A DNA stretch of 64,000 bases. Source: Candidatus Entotheonellaceae bacterium. GTDB lineage: Bacteria; Tectomicrobia; Entotheonellia; Entotheonellales; Entotheonellaceae. Location of the stretch: contig OZ250173.1 of NCBI GenBank assembly GCA_965238075.1, positions 2,048,001 through 2,112,000 on the forward strand. The letters are read 5' to 3'. Under the pieces are notes generated by a model. The model ran no database searches, was not told where the DNA came from, and saw only the letters and a program-made list of their open reading frames with translations. This document shows, one piece after another, positions 9,448-19,073 of this stretch. Position 1 is the stretch's first letter. The number at the start of each line of letters is the position of its first letter. Both the position numbers and the translations under genes were made by a program.

Positions 9448-10305
9448 GTGATGCTTCGTGAACGTGCACCTCGTTTCAGACTGGCGCTACTTTCAGCCTT
9501 GGTGAGTTCGGCTGTTTTCCTGCTCGCCGGCTGTGAGCAAGCGAAGGAGCCTCTGCCGAGCAGCTTCGATACCGCTGATGTCGACACCTACTGCAGGGAC
9601 TGGGCCAAATTACGGAATGCCGGCTTCGTGTACGAGAACAACGTCTGGAACCAAGGAACTATCAAAAGAGAACATCGTGCCCAATGCCTGTTGAAGCGTG
9701 TTGTGGATGGAAAAGTGCAGTACGGCTGGCGCTGGCAATGGCCGCGCGGAAGCGAGAACGTAAAGGCATATCCGGAAGTCATCTATGGACATAAACCATG
9801 GTTCACGTCTTCGACGACGGCGAACCTGCCGCGTCGAATATCCGCTATCGACGAGCTATCCGTTGCTTATGACATCGAGATGCGGGTGCGGGGGCGCTAC
9901 AACTTGGCCTTCGACATATGGGTGACAAACAGCGGGAGGCCGACACCGTCGGCCATCACGCATGAAATCATGATCTGGGTGGGCGAACGGACGCGGGCGT
10001 GGGAACCTTCTGCGGGGTATCTGGCCAAAAGGGTCACGATTGGCGACGTGACGTATGACCTCACCATCAGGCCGCACGCCGAGTGGCTCAAGGAGCACGG
10101 CGCCCCGAAGGTCGCCTACATCGCCTTCAACGCCCGCACGGCCCAGCTAAGCGGCAGAATCGACGTCAAGGAATTTCTCGATTACCTGACGGATCACGGC
10201 CACCTTTCTGCCGATGGTTACGTGGCCTCGGTGGAGTTGGGAAACGAGATCATGAACGGCACCGGCGAGCTATGGCTCAAGAGCTATCGAATCAGCGTCA
10301 ACTAA
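9448..10305 (+). CDS. Glycoside hydrolase family 12-like lipoprotein
   Basis: NNVW, VKAYP, YNLAFDIW, HEIMIW and LGNE (two catalytic Glu candidates); lipobox LLAGC. Confidence 0.75.
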   Translation: MMLRERAPRFRLALLSALVSSAVFLLAGCEQAKEPLPSSFDTADVDTYCRDWAKLRNAGFVYENNVWNQGTIKREHRAQCLLKRVVDGKVQYGWRWQWPRGSENVKAYPEVIYGHKPWFTSSTTANLPRRISAIDELSVAYDIEMRVRGRYNLAFDIWVTNSGRPTPSAITHEIMIWVGERTRAWEPSAGYLAKRVTIGDVTYDLTIRPHAEWLKEHGAPKVAYIAFNARTAQLSGRIDVKEFLDYLTDHGHLSADGYVASVELGNEIMNGTGELWLKSYRISVN

Positions 10306-10352
10306 GAGCTCGGAAATTGTCCAGAATACCTATCGAAACATAAGAAGGTCCG

Positions 10353-10838
10353 ATGGCTGTCGAACCCCCTTTACTGATCATGCTCGTCGGCCTGCCGGGA
10401 AGTGGCAAGAGTGCTGCCGCCGAACGCTTGGCTTCTGTAACCAGGAGCCAGGGACGACCGTGCGAAATTATTGGGACCGACGTCTACCTGGAGGCCGAGG
10501 CTGCCCGCCGAGGTCTGCCATATACAACCATTTTCGCGGAGCAGCGCGACTTAGCGGACGCCATCATGTGGAGGCAGGCCAAGGAGGTCATCCGCAGACG
10601 AATTTCCGTAATTTGGGATCAGACGAACCTCACGGTGAACGGTCGCCGCCGGCGCCTGTGTCTATTCCCCAGGGATTACTTGTGTATCGCGGCCGTCATG
10701 CCCACGGCCAACGACAAAGCCCGGGAACGCAACCTTGCGCGCGGCCCGGATCGCGCGGTGCCAGAGGACGCCTTTAATCGCATGCGGGCCGAATTCCGCC
10801 GTCCAACCGAGGAAGAGGACTTCCAGATGTTCCTCTGA
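10353..10838 (+). CDS. AAA_33 / polynucleotide-kinase-like P-loop protein
   Basis: GLPGSGKS, IWDQTNL, RN..R...VPE. Confidence 0.8.
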   Translation: MAVEPPLLIMLVGLPGSGKSAAAERLASVTRSQGRPCEIIGTDVYLEAEAARRGLPYTTIFAEQRDLADAIMWRQAKEVIRRRISVIWDQTNLTVNGRRRRLCLFPRDYLCIAAVMPTANDKARERNLARGPDRAVPEDAFNRMRAEFRRPTEEEDFQMFL

Positions 10839-10969
10839 TGCGTCGTAAAGAAAGACCCGTCGAGACGAAAGGTGGTACCTGGCGGAGAGTGGGGACGGTT
10901 TGCGGAGTCGACAAAGCGGTCGATGCAGTCGGGCCCCCACTTTTTTGGGGGACTGCCATCTGGTTGCCG

Positions 10970-11092
10970 GCGATAGGGCAGCTTCGGCATGCCGGAGGTG
11001 AGCAGCCAGCGTGCGACCGGCGGCACTTCAGTCGCGTCGCTGTAGCTGCCGATATGCGCGGCAACCCCAACGTTGTGAACGATATTGTGCAT
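10970..11092 (-). pseudogene. Truncated RidA-family gene (N-terminal ~40 codons); 3' limit approximate
   Basis: MHNIVHNVGVAAHIGSYSDATEVPPVARWLLTSG after RBS GGAGG; resemblance ends abruptly. Confidence 0.55.
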
Positions 11093-11268
11093 CAAGCGCC
11101 TCCTTCCTCGTGTCTGATCTCCCCTGCAGATTGCGTCGGCACTTCTGTGCATTTCAGCAGATTCCGACAGAGAATACCCGTGTTTCCAAATGGACAACGC
11201 CGAGGGGGCGGGGTAGGTTAGAACCTTCCCAAAGTGGATACATTGACAAAAACGGGGACGGACTGAAG

Positions 11269-11838
11269 ATGAACAAACAGGATGGGGGCCGGCGCGACCG
11301 CAGCGGCGCTCGCGGCGTGGCGATCGGCATCGTCGCCATGGCGGTGGTGGTGACGGCCTCGAACATTCTGGTGCAATATCCGATCAACGACTGGTTGAGG
11401 TAGGGCGCGCTGTCGTACCCGTTCGCGTTTCTGGTCACCGATCTGACGAATCGGCGCTTGGGGCCGGGCAGCGCGCGGCGCGTGGTGTGGGCAGGCTTTG
11501 CGTTTGCGGTCGTGCTGTCCGCGTGGCTGGCAACGCCGCGCATTGCCGGGGCGTCGGGGAGCGCCTTTCTGGTCAGCCAGCTCACCGACGTGTGGGTGTT
11601 TGACCGGCTGCGGCATCTCAAGTGGTGGCAAGCGCCGCTGGTGTCGTCGTCGTTGGGGTCGATCCTGGATACGGCGCTGTTCTTCTCCCTGGCCTTTGCC
11701 GGAACCGGCCTGCCGTGGACCACGTGGGCAGTGGGCGACCTGGCGGTGAAAGCGGTGTTTGCGGCGCTGTTGTTGATCCCGTTCCGACTGTTGCTGGGCG
11801 TGATCCGGCCAGTTGGGCAAACGGCCGTAGAAGCGTGA
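11269..11838 (+). pseudogene. VUT/YhhQ-family (queuosine precursor) transporter with internal TAG
   Basis: SNILVQYPINDWL, TAG at 11401-11403, then in frame GALSYPFAFLVTDL...SQLTDVWVF...DTALFF. Confidence 0.85.
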
Positions 11839-11873
11839 GCTGGGGGCCTTGGATCATCTGAGGAGGTAGCGCT

Positions 11874-12635
11874 TTGGGTGACGTGACGGGCACCGATCTG
11901 ACGCAATTCCGCGATTATATTGAAGACGCCAGCCGCATCGTGTTTTTCACCGGCGCCGGCGTCAGCACCGAATCGGGCATTCCCGATTTTCGCAGTCCGG
12001 GCGGCATCTGGACCCGGTTTCGGCCCATCGACTTCGCGGAGTTCATGGCGTCGCGGGAGGCTCGGCGGGAAGCCTGGCGGCGCAAGTTCGAGACCGACAA
12101 GACGCTCAGCATCGCCAAGCCCAACGACGGGCACGCCGCCATCGCCCGGCTGGTGCGGCGGGGCAGCGCGTCGTGCGTCATCACCCAGAACATCGATGGG
12201 CTGCACCAGGCGTCCGGGGTGCCGGATGAGCAGGTCATCGAACTGCACGGCAACACGACGTACGCCCATTGTCTCGGCTGCCGCGAGCGCTATGAGCTTG
12301 AACCCATCCGGGAGCGGTTCGAGCGGGATGGCGAGCCGCCGGATTGCCACTGCGGGGGTTACATCAAGACCGCTACGATCTCGTTCGGCCAGGCGATGCC
12401 GGAGGCGGAGATGGCGCGCGCCGAGGCGGAAACGAACGCCTGCGACCTGTTCGTGGCCGTCGGCTCATCCCTGGTCGTCTACCCCGCCGCCGGTTTTCCC
12501 GCCCTCGCCAAGCGGCGCGGCGCCCGCCTGGTGATTCTCAACCGCGAGCCGACTGACCTCGACCCCGTCGCCGACCTGGTGCTGCACCGCGAAATCGGCC
12601 CGACTCTGGCAAGCGTGTCCGGGGCTGGGTCCTGA
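11874..12635 (+). CDS. cobB: NAD-dependent protein deacylase (Sir2/CobB)
   Basis: GAGVSTESGIPDFR, TQNIDGLH, HG, zinc cysteines, GSSLVVYPAA. Confidence 0.9.
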   Translation: MGDVTGTDLTQFRDYIEDASRIVFFTGAGVSTESGIPDFRSPGGIWTRFRPIDFAEFMASREARREAWRRKFETDKTLSIAKPNDGHAAIARLVRRGSASCVITQNIDGLHQASGVPDEQVIELHGNTTYAHCLGCRERYELEPIRERFERDGEPPDCHCGGYIKTATISFGQAMPEAEMARAEAETNACDLFVAVGSSLVVYPAAGFPALAKRRGARLVILNREPTDLDPVADLVLHREIGPTLASVSGAGS

Positions 12636-12664
12636 TCCGCCGCACTTTTCCTGAACGGAAGACC

Positions 12665-13594
12665 ATGCCCCACACCTTTGAGATCATCCCGCGAGCCCCG
12701 TATTCATTCGACCTGACCGCCGCGCGTCTCGGGCGGTTTGACAGCGAGATCGTCGATCTGCTCGACGGCAAGCAGTACCGCCGCCTGCTCACCGCTGGTC
12801 GCCAGCTCGCCCTGGCCACAGTGACGGACGTTGGCACGGTCGGCAAGCCGCGTCTCGCGGTGGAATTGCGGAGTCCGTCCAAGGCGCCCCTGCAACGGGA
12901 GGCCTTCGAGGTGCAGGTGCGGCACATCCTGTGCACCGATCTCGATCTCAGACCGTTCTACCGCCTGGCGCGCGGCAACGACCTGCTGGCGCCGCTGGTC
13001 ACCCGCTTCCGCGGTCTGCGCCTGGCGGCCAGCCCGACGCTCTTCGAGGCGCTGGTCGGCGCGGTGCTGTCGCAGCAGGTCAACCTCACGTTTGCGTATT
13101 CCATCAAGCGGGAACTGGTTGAAAGCTTCGGGCGCAAATGGCGTGTCGGGGGCCGCACCTATTGGGCATTCCCGGAGCCGCGCCGCTTTGCCGAGCGCAG
13201 CGTGGAGGACCTGCGCGCCTTCCGCCTGAGCAACGCCAAGGCCGGCGCCCTCATCCGCCTTGGCGACGCCTTTGCTTCATCCACCCCTTTCCCCGCTCCG
13301 GCCGCCGAGCTGGCCTCGCTGTCCGACGACGACCTCATCGAGCGCCTGACTGCCCTCAAGGGCATCGGCCGCTGGACCGCCGAAACCGCTCTGGTGCGCG
13401 GCCTCATCCGTCCCGACGTCTTTCCCGCCGGTGATCTTGCGGTCGTCAAATACCTCGCCCAAAGCCTGTTGGGCAAAACGGAAAAAGCCTCCGAAGCCGA
13501 GATGCGCGCCTTTGCCGAAGGCTGGCGCCCCTACCGCGGCCTCGCCCTCGTTTATTGCTACGCCGAAATGGGTCGGCGGCGCAGCGAGGGCTGA
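12665..13594 (+). CDS. AlkA-family DNA-3-methyladenine glycosylase (HhH-GPD)
   Basis: FEALV..VLSQQV, LKGIGRWTA, FPAGD, WRPYR. Confidence 0.9.
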   Translation: MPHTFEIIPRAPYSFDLTAARLGRFDSEIVDLLDGKQYRRLLTAGRQLALATVTDVGTVGKPRLAVELRSPSKAPLQREAFEVQVRHILCTDLDLRPFYRLARGNDLLAPLVTRFRGLRLAASPTLFEALVGAVLSQQVNLTFAYSIKRELVESFGRKWRVGGRTYWAFPEPRRFAERSVEDLRAFRLSNAKAGALIRLGDAFASSTPFPAPAAELASLSDDDLIERLTALKGIGRWTAETALVRGLIRPDVFPAGDLAVVKYLAQSLLGKTEKASEAEMRAFAEGWRPYRGLALVYCYAEMGRRRSEG

Positions 13595-13733
13595 GGGCAG
13601 CCTGGTTGACACTTTCGTCGGGACTGGTGTCTAATTTCGGCGGGCAGAATAACGGCTTTGACAGCGATCAGGACCACGCCGGGGCGCCGATTCCGTCGGT
13701 GCTCACCGACCATGGGTTGAGAGGGATCACGTC

Positions 13734-14828
13734 ATGAAATTCGGTTTCTTCACCATCATTCCGTTCCACGAGAGCGACACGGAGCCGCGGCTGTTTCACG
13801 AAACGCTGGAGCGCATCGAGCTGGTCGATCAGCTGGGGTTCGACGAGGTGTGGATCGGGGAGCATCACTTCTCGCGGCACGGGCTGGTCTCGGGGGTCAA
13901 CACGTGGATGGGCGCGATCGCGGCGCGGACCAAGCGGGTGCGCATCGGCACGGCGATCACTATTCTGCCCTTCCACAATCCGATCATGGCGGCGGAAGAA
14001 GCGGCGACGCTGGACATCCTCAGCAACGGGCGGCTCAATTTCGGTATCGGCAGCGGCTACCAGCGGCAGGAGTTCGACGGCCTCGGCGTGCCGATCAACG
14101 AGGCGCGCGAGCGGTTTCGCGAATCGCTTGAGGTCATCACGCGCGCCTGGACGGAGGAGCGGCTCACCTTTCACGGCAAATACACGCAGGTGGACGACCT
14201 CTGGGTGCTGCCCAAGCCGGTGCAAAAGCCGCACCCGCCGCTGTACATCGCCGTCAGCACCAGCCCGACCAGCGTCGAGTTTGCCGCCAGCCGCCGCATT
14301 CCGATCATTGTCGGCGGCCCCACCGACGTGATGGGGCAGGCGCCACAGGTGGTCAAGCTGTGGCACGACAAAATGGAAGCGTTCGGCCACGAGCACGCCC
14401 ACATCGACCTGCCGGTGGCCAGCCGAGTGTACGTCGCGCCGACGATGGACGAGGCGCAGGGCGACATCCGGGGGCTTGAGGATTTCCACGGCCGCGTAAT
14501 GAGCAGCATCGGCACCACCGGGGCGCCCGTCGGCATGCCGACCGACCGGGACGGCAACCTGCCGCCGGGCTACGAGTTCTGGGCCAACCGGCAGCGTGAT
14601 CGCGACCGTTCGGCGGAACCCGGCCAGACCGTCATGCCGCCGCTCATCGGCACGCCGGAGGTGGTCAGCGAGCGCCTGGCGCTGATCGAGCAGCGCGGCA
14701 TTCGTCGCGTGTTCGCCCAATTCGGCTTTCCCGGCGTGCCGCACGCTAAGGTCATGCGCGCCCTCGAATTGTTCGGCACCCAGGTGATGCCGCATTTTCG
14801 CGCCCAAACGGCCGGCGTGGCCGGGTAG
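13734..14828 (+). CDS. LLM-class flavin-dependent oxidoreductase
   Basis: GFDEVWIGEHHF, LDILSNGRLNFGIG, PKPVQKPHPP. Confidence 0.9.
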   Translation: MKFGFFTIIPFHESDTEPRLFHETLERIELVDQLGFDEVWIGEHHFSRHGLVSGVNTWMGAIAARTKRVRIGTAITILPFHNPIMAAEEAATLDILSNGRLNFGIGSGYQRQEFDGLGVPINEARERFRESLEVITRAWTEERLTFHGKYTQVDDLWVLPKPVQKPHPPLYIAVSTSPTSVEFAASRRIPIIVGGPTDVMGQAPQVVKLWHDKMEAFGHEHAHIDLPVASRVYVAPTMDEAQGDIRGLEDFHGRVMSSIGTTGAPVGMPTDRDGNLPPGYEFWANRQRDRDRSAEPGQTVMPPLIGTPEVVSERLALIEQRGIRRVFAQFGFPGVPHAKVMRALELFGTQVMPHFRAQTAGVAG

Positions 14829-14839
14829 CGGGGCGCCGT

Positions 14840-15694
14840 ATGCAGGTTGTTGCGGACATCGCTGCCGTCCGCCGCGCGTGCCGTGCCGACCCTTCGGCCA
14901 CCTGGGGGCTCGTGCCCACCATGGGTTTCCTGCACGAGGGGCACCTCAGCCTGGTGCGCCAAGCCCGCCGCGATAACGCCCGCGTCGGCGTCAGCATCTT
15001 CGTCAACCCCGCCCAGTTCCATAATCCCGACGATCTGGCAACCTACCCGCGCGACCCCGAACGCGACCTCGCCTTGCTGAAGCAGGAGGGGGTTGATCTG
15101 GTCTGGACGCCGTCGCCGGATCTGGTGTATCCCGCCGGCTACCAGACGTATATCCACGTGGAAGAAGCGTCCCGTCCGCTGGAGGGCGCCGCGCGGCCCG
15201 GCCATTTTCGCGGCGTGGCTACCGTCGTCGCCAAGCTGCTGAACGTCTTTCAGCCCCAGCGCGTCTACTTCGGAGAGAAGGACGCCCAGCAGGTGGCGGT
15301 CATCAAGCGCATGGTGGAGGACCTCAACTTCCCGCTGACGGTGGTCAGTTGTCCCACCGTGCGGGAGCCGGACGGCCTCGCCATGAGCTCGCGCAACGTC
15401 CTGCTATCCCCGCAAGCGCGTCCGCACGCCACCTGCCTGTTTCGCGCTTTGCAGGCCGGCAGTGACGCCTTCGCACAGGGCCAGCGCCAGGCGAAGTCGT
15501 TGTGTGATGCCATGCGGACGGTGATTGATGCCACGCCGATGGCGCGTATCGATTACGTCAGTGTCGCGCACCCGCAAACGTTGGTGGAATTGGAGGCCGT
15601 GGAGGGCGCCGCCCTGCTGTCGCTGGCGGTCTTTGTCGATGAGGTACGGCTGATCGACAACATCACGGTGGGTGAGTTGGGCTGCGCCAATTAG
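14840..15694 (+). CDS. panC: Pantoate--beta-alanine ligase
   Basis: VPTMGFLHEGH, FVNPAQF, RPGHFRGV, FGEKDAQQ, DGLAMSSRN, RLIDN. Confidence 0.97.
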   Translation: MQVVADIAAVRRACRADPSATWGLVPTMGFLHEGHLSLVRQARRDNARVGVSIFVNPAQFHNPDDLATYPRDPERDLALLKQEGVDLVWTPSPDLVYPAGYQTYIHVEEASRPLEGAARPGHFRGVATVVAKLLNVFQPQRVYFGEKDAQQVAVIKRMVEDLNFPLTVVSCPTVREPDGLAMSSRNVLLSPQARPHATCLFRALQAGSDAFAQGQRQAKSLCDAMRTVIDATPMARIDYVSVAHPQTLVELEAVEGAALLSLAVFVDEVRLIDNITVGELGCAN

Positions 15695-15698
15695 CGAG

Positions 15699-16328
15699 TC
15701 ACGATGTCATCGGGCGGCGGGACAGATCGAGGGGAGCCGCGTCGCGGGCTTGAGCGAGCTCGAAGCCGGGTCTGGAGGGCTCCATAAAGGTGATGGCGTC
15801 GTAAAAGTCGTCCAGGGGCACGAACACGCCGTTGCTCTCGGCCCAGCGGCGCATACGCTGATTGCAGGCGTGCACCCAGGACAGAATCTCGATACGCCAA
15901 CCGCGCCGGTGCATGCGCTCGAGGGTGCTGTGAAAACCGGCCCCTTCCAGATAACCGGCGCCGTCGCCGGTGAGCAGGACCACAATGCCGGGATCTCCGT
16001 TGTAGTCCAGGGCGTCTTCGAGCATCCGCAATTGCAAGAGGCGGTCGGGCATTTCCTGTTCACCCCGTTCCCGGCTGCCGCGGTCGAATAATCTGACTTC
16101 AATTCCGTTGCTTTCCATCCGGTTCCAGAGTTGCCGCATCTCCGAAGGCACCGAGCCCACCGCCAAGGCTCGCTCAATGGGCCGGTCCGCGTGCGCCAGC
16201 CGCAGCATGTTGTCAAAGTGCACCCGAATGCGATACCGCGCATTGGGGTCTTCCGAGCGCTCCTCGGCCAAGCGCTGCGCCTCGTGGAAGATGTTCGAGT
16301 TGTCCCAGTACACGAAGATGTGGTCCAT
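15699..16328 (-). CDS. NYN-domain (PIN-like) putative ribonuclease
   Basis: VYWDNSNIF, EQEMPD, VLLTGDG, GWRIEILSW, FVPLD; RBS GAGG. Confidence 0.8.
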   Translation of the reverse strand: MDHIFVYWDNSNIFHEAQRLAEERSEDPNARYRIRVHFDNMLRLAHADRPIERALAVGSVPSEMRQLWNRMESNGIEVRLFDRGSRERGEQEMPDRLLQLRMLEDALDYNGDPGIVVLLTGDGAGYLEGAGFHSTLERMHRRGWRIEILSWVHACNQRMRRWAESNGVFVPLDDFYDAITFMEPSRPGFELAQARDAAPLDLSRRPMTS

Positions 16329-16352
16329 GCCGCCTCACCCTTTGATAAGACG

Positions 16353-19073
16353 CTACCATCTCGTCCGGCGAGCCGCTGTTTCGAGGCGGCGATATGCTGG
16401 AACCTGAACAAGATGCGGCGCAACCTTACGCACCTGAGCAAGTGCATCTCCCAAGTCATAGGGAATGATCGCGTTTTCTGCCTTCTCGACCGTCCGATCA
16501 AGGAGGCGCAATAACGCATTGGCTTTGGCCTCGTCGTCAACTATTGCCAGTTTTGGCACGCCATTCTCGTTCCCATACAACTCATAATCGGACATTGACC
16601 AACAAGCAAACGGCTTGAGAAACCGGTCCACGGTGTCCACAGCTTCGGCGAAGCCACCGCCGGCGATTGCCGGGAGTTTCGCCAATGCATGACTGAGCCC
16701 CGGCGATGTCAGTGAGCGTTCTTGCGGCCAGACGTTTTGCAGGAAAGGCTTGGCCACTGACCGGAATAGTTCCTCCCGCGACGGCAGGTTCGGTTCCTGA
16801 TTGCTCGGTGATGATATCTCACTTACGAAGCGCGTGGTTGCTTCTGCACAGGACGTACGTACCTCTTCGTCGTCCAGTGACCGTATCATTTGCTGGATAC
16901 GGCTGTGCTCGATAGCCGGTTCTCGTTGTTCCCACAGAGCATGAAGGGATTCAACGACCAAGCTGAATGCCAATGAACAACGAGCATCACGATCAAGCTG
17001 GCGGTCCTTGGTCCGCGCTGCCATGTCATCACCAATAATTCCCAGTACGTCCTTGAATTGCGTGCGACAACTGACAGCACGCCAAAGGGCCAGTGCATCC
17101 TCGTTATTCGCACGAAGCGGGCGAATAAGGTGCTCTTGGGTCCATTCTTTGTCAGTGTGTAGGAAGTATCCCAGAAGCTCGATCAGCCGATGCTTGGCAA
17201 TCAATCCAGATCGACCCGAAGCGTTGATGACATGATCTCTCACCATTCGTAAATCGCTGGGATTATCAAATGGCCGAGGATTCTGGGTTAAGTCTGGGCG
17301 GGCAGCCAGGAACACACCAACGAGCTTCCCCGCGGGTGGGTTCAGGGTATCCAGGTCTTGAGGCTCGTCGGCATTGGGCCACACGTTAACATTAAGGTTA
17401 GGTTCTTCATTCGGTGGCTGCCTTGCATTCGTCGTCTCGACAGCCGATGGCCAAGCGCGGAGCCAGACTACGGACCAATTTGGCTGGGCGACAACGTACT
17501 TTTGCCAAGAACTAAGCCAGTGGGTAATGCCTTCGATGGCTTTGGATAGAGTGTCACCGGACAACGTCTCAAGGAGATTAAGCATCCGACGGACGGCTTC
17601 CTTGCCAATTTCCCTTTCTTGATCCGCCGCAGGTGAATGTATCCAACCCAAGCATTCCCAGACCTGCGGGAACTCCGCTCCGCCATTGAGGCTTGATTCC
17701 ATGTCCTTCAAAACCTGCAGAGGGTTATCTTCTTCGCTCAGCCAAGCTCTTGCCCGGCTGGCTGGATCATCATCCAATCCGTGGGACGGGCGTGAGAGTG
17801 CTTGTTCCAACGCTCTCAGCCGATCAGTGCCCGCAAGGAAATCCAGGGAGCGGTCAGGATTTGGGAAGCTGTAACCCACTTTCGGGGCGTTCAAGAACCC
17901 CTCGTCGATTCGATCCATTTCAGCTAAATCGGAGAACCGGCCGATGTTTGATCCCAACCAGGTTTTGTCGCCCCGCGGGAGAGTAGCCCCGGCCACCTCA
18001 ATGCGTCTCAGCTCCCGGACAATCCAGTAGAGGCGAGCCTTCTCAATGTGGTGCACTTCGGCATTCTTAGGCCATGAGTTGCGAGACCGCCCCTTGCGTA
18101 TTCTTTTAGTAATGGCCTTTTGTGCGGCGTTGTCTAATTCGTAGAAACGTCGAGCACGCAGTTCGGCAATTTCCGGGTGGTGATAAACATCCCAGAAGGT
18201 TCCATGGTCTAATTGGAGAAGAAACTCACTTACCTCGGTGGCGGGCGCAATCCGGGAATCACGACAAATTGCCGCCCAGAGTCGCAGATGGATAGGAGAG
18301 ACCGTTTGTTTCCAGCGGCTGACAAAAGCAAGCGCAGCGGAAAAATCGACGTCAGCGAGACGTGAAACGACTGCATGAAGGAGCTTTACCGAGGGGGCAA
18401 TGCCTCGGCCAAATGCATCGGGTTCGTGCTTGTCTTCGTCGGACTTACACTCTGATGCGTAGTACACGCGGCGCAGTAAGAGATGCTCTCGTCCCCTCCA
18501 CCCGATGCGCCTTGCAATATCCAATCCGTGCGCAACCGCGGCATCCAACGCACTGGCCCAAGAAACGAGGAATTCCCCTTCGGTCAGTTGCTCCAAGCCC
18601 AGAAAGGTCGGATTGATCACTTTTCCACTTGTCAGGCTCGCACAAAACATATCGCGGAAGGTTTTGGGACTTTTGGGAAAATTCTGGTATTGGCGAGCGC
18701 GAGACAAGTAGGGTCCAACAACTAACCTTGGTGCGACGAGATCAACAATGACTGAAACAAGGCTGCCGGATCGGTCCCCGCAATGGAATCGTTCTCTGAT
18801 TGTCTTCTGATTCCAACTATCGTCCCTACCAATTGGCTCCTCCCAGCTTTCTTCAATTAAACGCCAAGCGGAACGCCACGGTTCCCTGAGATTTATTCCA
18901 TCCTCTCGATCAAGCCAGTTCAGGATTGCCTGTCGTTTGACGATTTCACTCGGACCGAGACCCACAGCCCATTCGATGGTTTCTTTGTCTTCGAGACGAC
19001 CCTTGAGAAACGCGACTGCACAACGCATTATCTCTTGGTCTCTTACACTCCAAGTCTGCGGAAAGGATCTCAT
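16353..19073 (-). CDS. 906-aa Trp-rich protein resembling the C-terminal region of Dsr1
   Basis: ATG overlaps the SIR2 stop (TGATG); C-terminus PFLQNVWPQERSLTSP...LGDALAQVRKVAPHL...YRRL recalls Dsr1. Confidence 0.7.
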   Translation of the reverse strand: MRSFPQTWSVRDQEIMRCAVAFLKGRLEDKETIEWAVGLGPSEIVKRQAILNWLDREDGINLREPWRSAWRLIEESWEEPIGRDDSWNQKTIRERFHCGDRSGSLVSVIVDLVAPRLVVGPYLSRARQYQNFPKSPKTFRDMFCASLTSGKVINPTFLGLEQLTEGEFLVSWASALDAAVAHGLDIARRIGWRGREHLLLRRVYYASECKSDEDKHEPDAFGRGIAPSVKLLHAVVSRLADVDFSAALAFVSRWKQTVSPIHLRLWAAICRDSRIAPATEVSEFLLQLDHGTFWDVYHHPEIAELRARRFYELDNAAQKAITKRIRKGRSRNSWPKNAEVHHIEKARLYWIVRELRRIEVAGATLPRGDKTWLGSNIGRFSDLAEMDRIDEGFLNAPKVGYSFPNPDRSLDFLAGTDRLRALEQALSRPSHGLDDDPASRARAWLSEEDNPLQVLKDMESSLNGGAEFPQVWECLGWIHSPAADQEREIGKEAVRRMLNLLETLSGDTLSKAIEGITHWLSSWQKYVVAQPNWSVVWLRAWPSAVETTNARQPPNEEPNLNVNVWPNADEPQDLDTLNPPAGKLVGVFLAARPDLTQNPRPFDNPSDLRMVRDHVINASGRSGLIAKHRLIELLGYFLHTDKEWTQEHLIRPLRANNEDALALWRAVSCRTQFKDVLGIIGDDMAARTKDRQLDRDARCSLAFSLVVESLHALWEQREPAIEHSRIQQMIRSLDDEEVRTSCAEATTRFVSEISSPSNQEPNLPSREELFRSVAKPFLQNVWPQERSLTSPGLSHALAKLPAIAGGGFAEAVDTVDRFLKPFACWSMSDYELYGNENGVPKLAIVDDEAKANALLRLLDRTVEKAENAIIPYDLGDALAQVRKVAPHLVQVPAYRRLETAARRTRW

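Noticed and set aside
11100-11268. preQ1 riboswitch upstream of the VUT/YhhQ gene
   Set aside because: No recognisable preQ1 stem-loop plus A-rich tail consensus by eye; an Rfam scan would be needed.
9245-11403. Two in-frame TAG codons as amber recoding (pyrrolysine or an alternative code)
   Set aside because: The family context implies different residues (probably Gln/Lys in BrnA, Trp in the VUT protein), each one substitution from TAG, and many intact genes here end in TAG. Nonsense mutation is simpler.
11874-12635. CobB sirtuin as part of the defence locus
   Set aside because: It has the zinc-binding deacylase signature and housekeeping context, unlike the SIR2 at 19073-20269.
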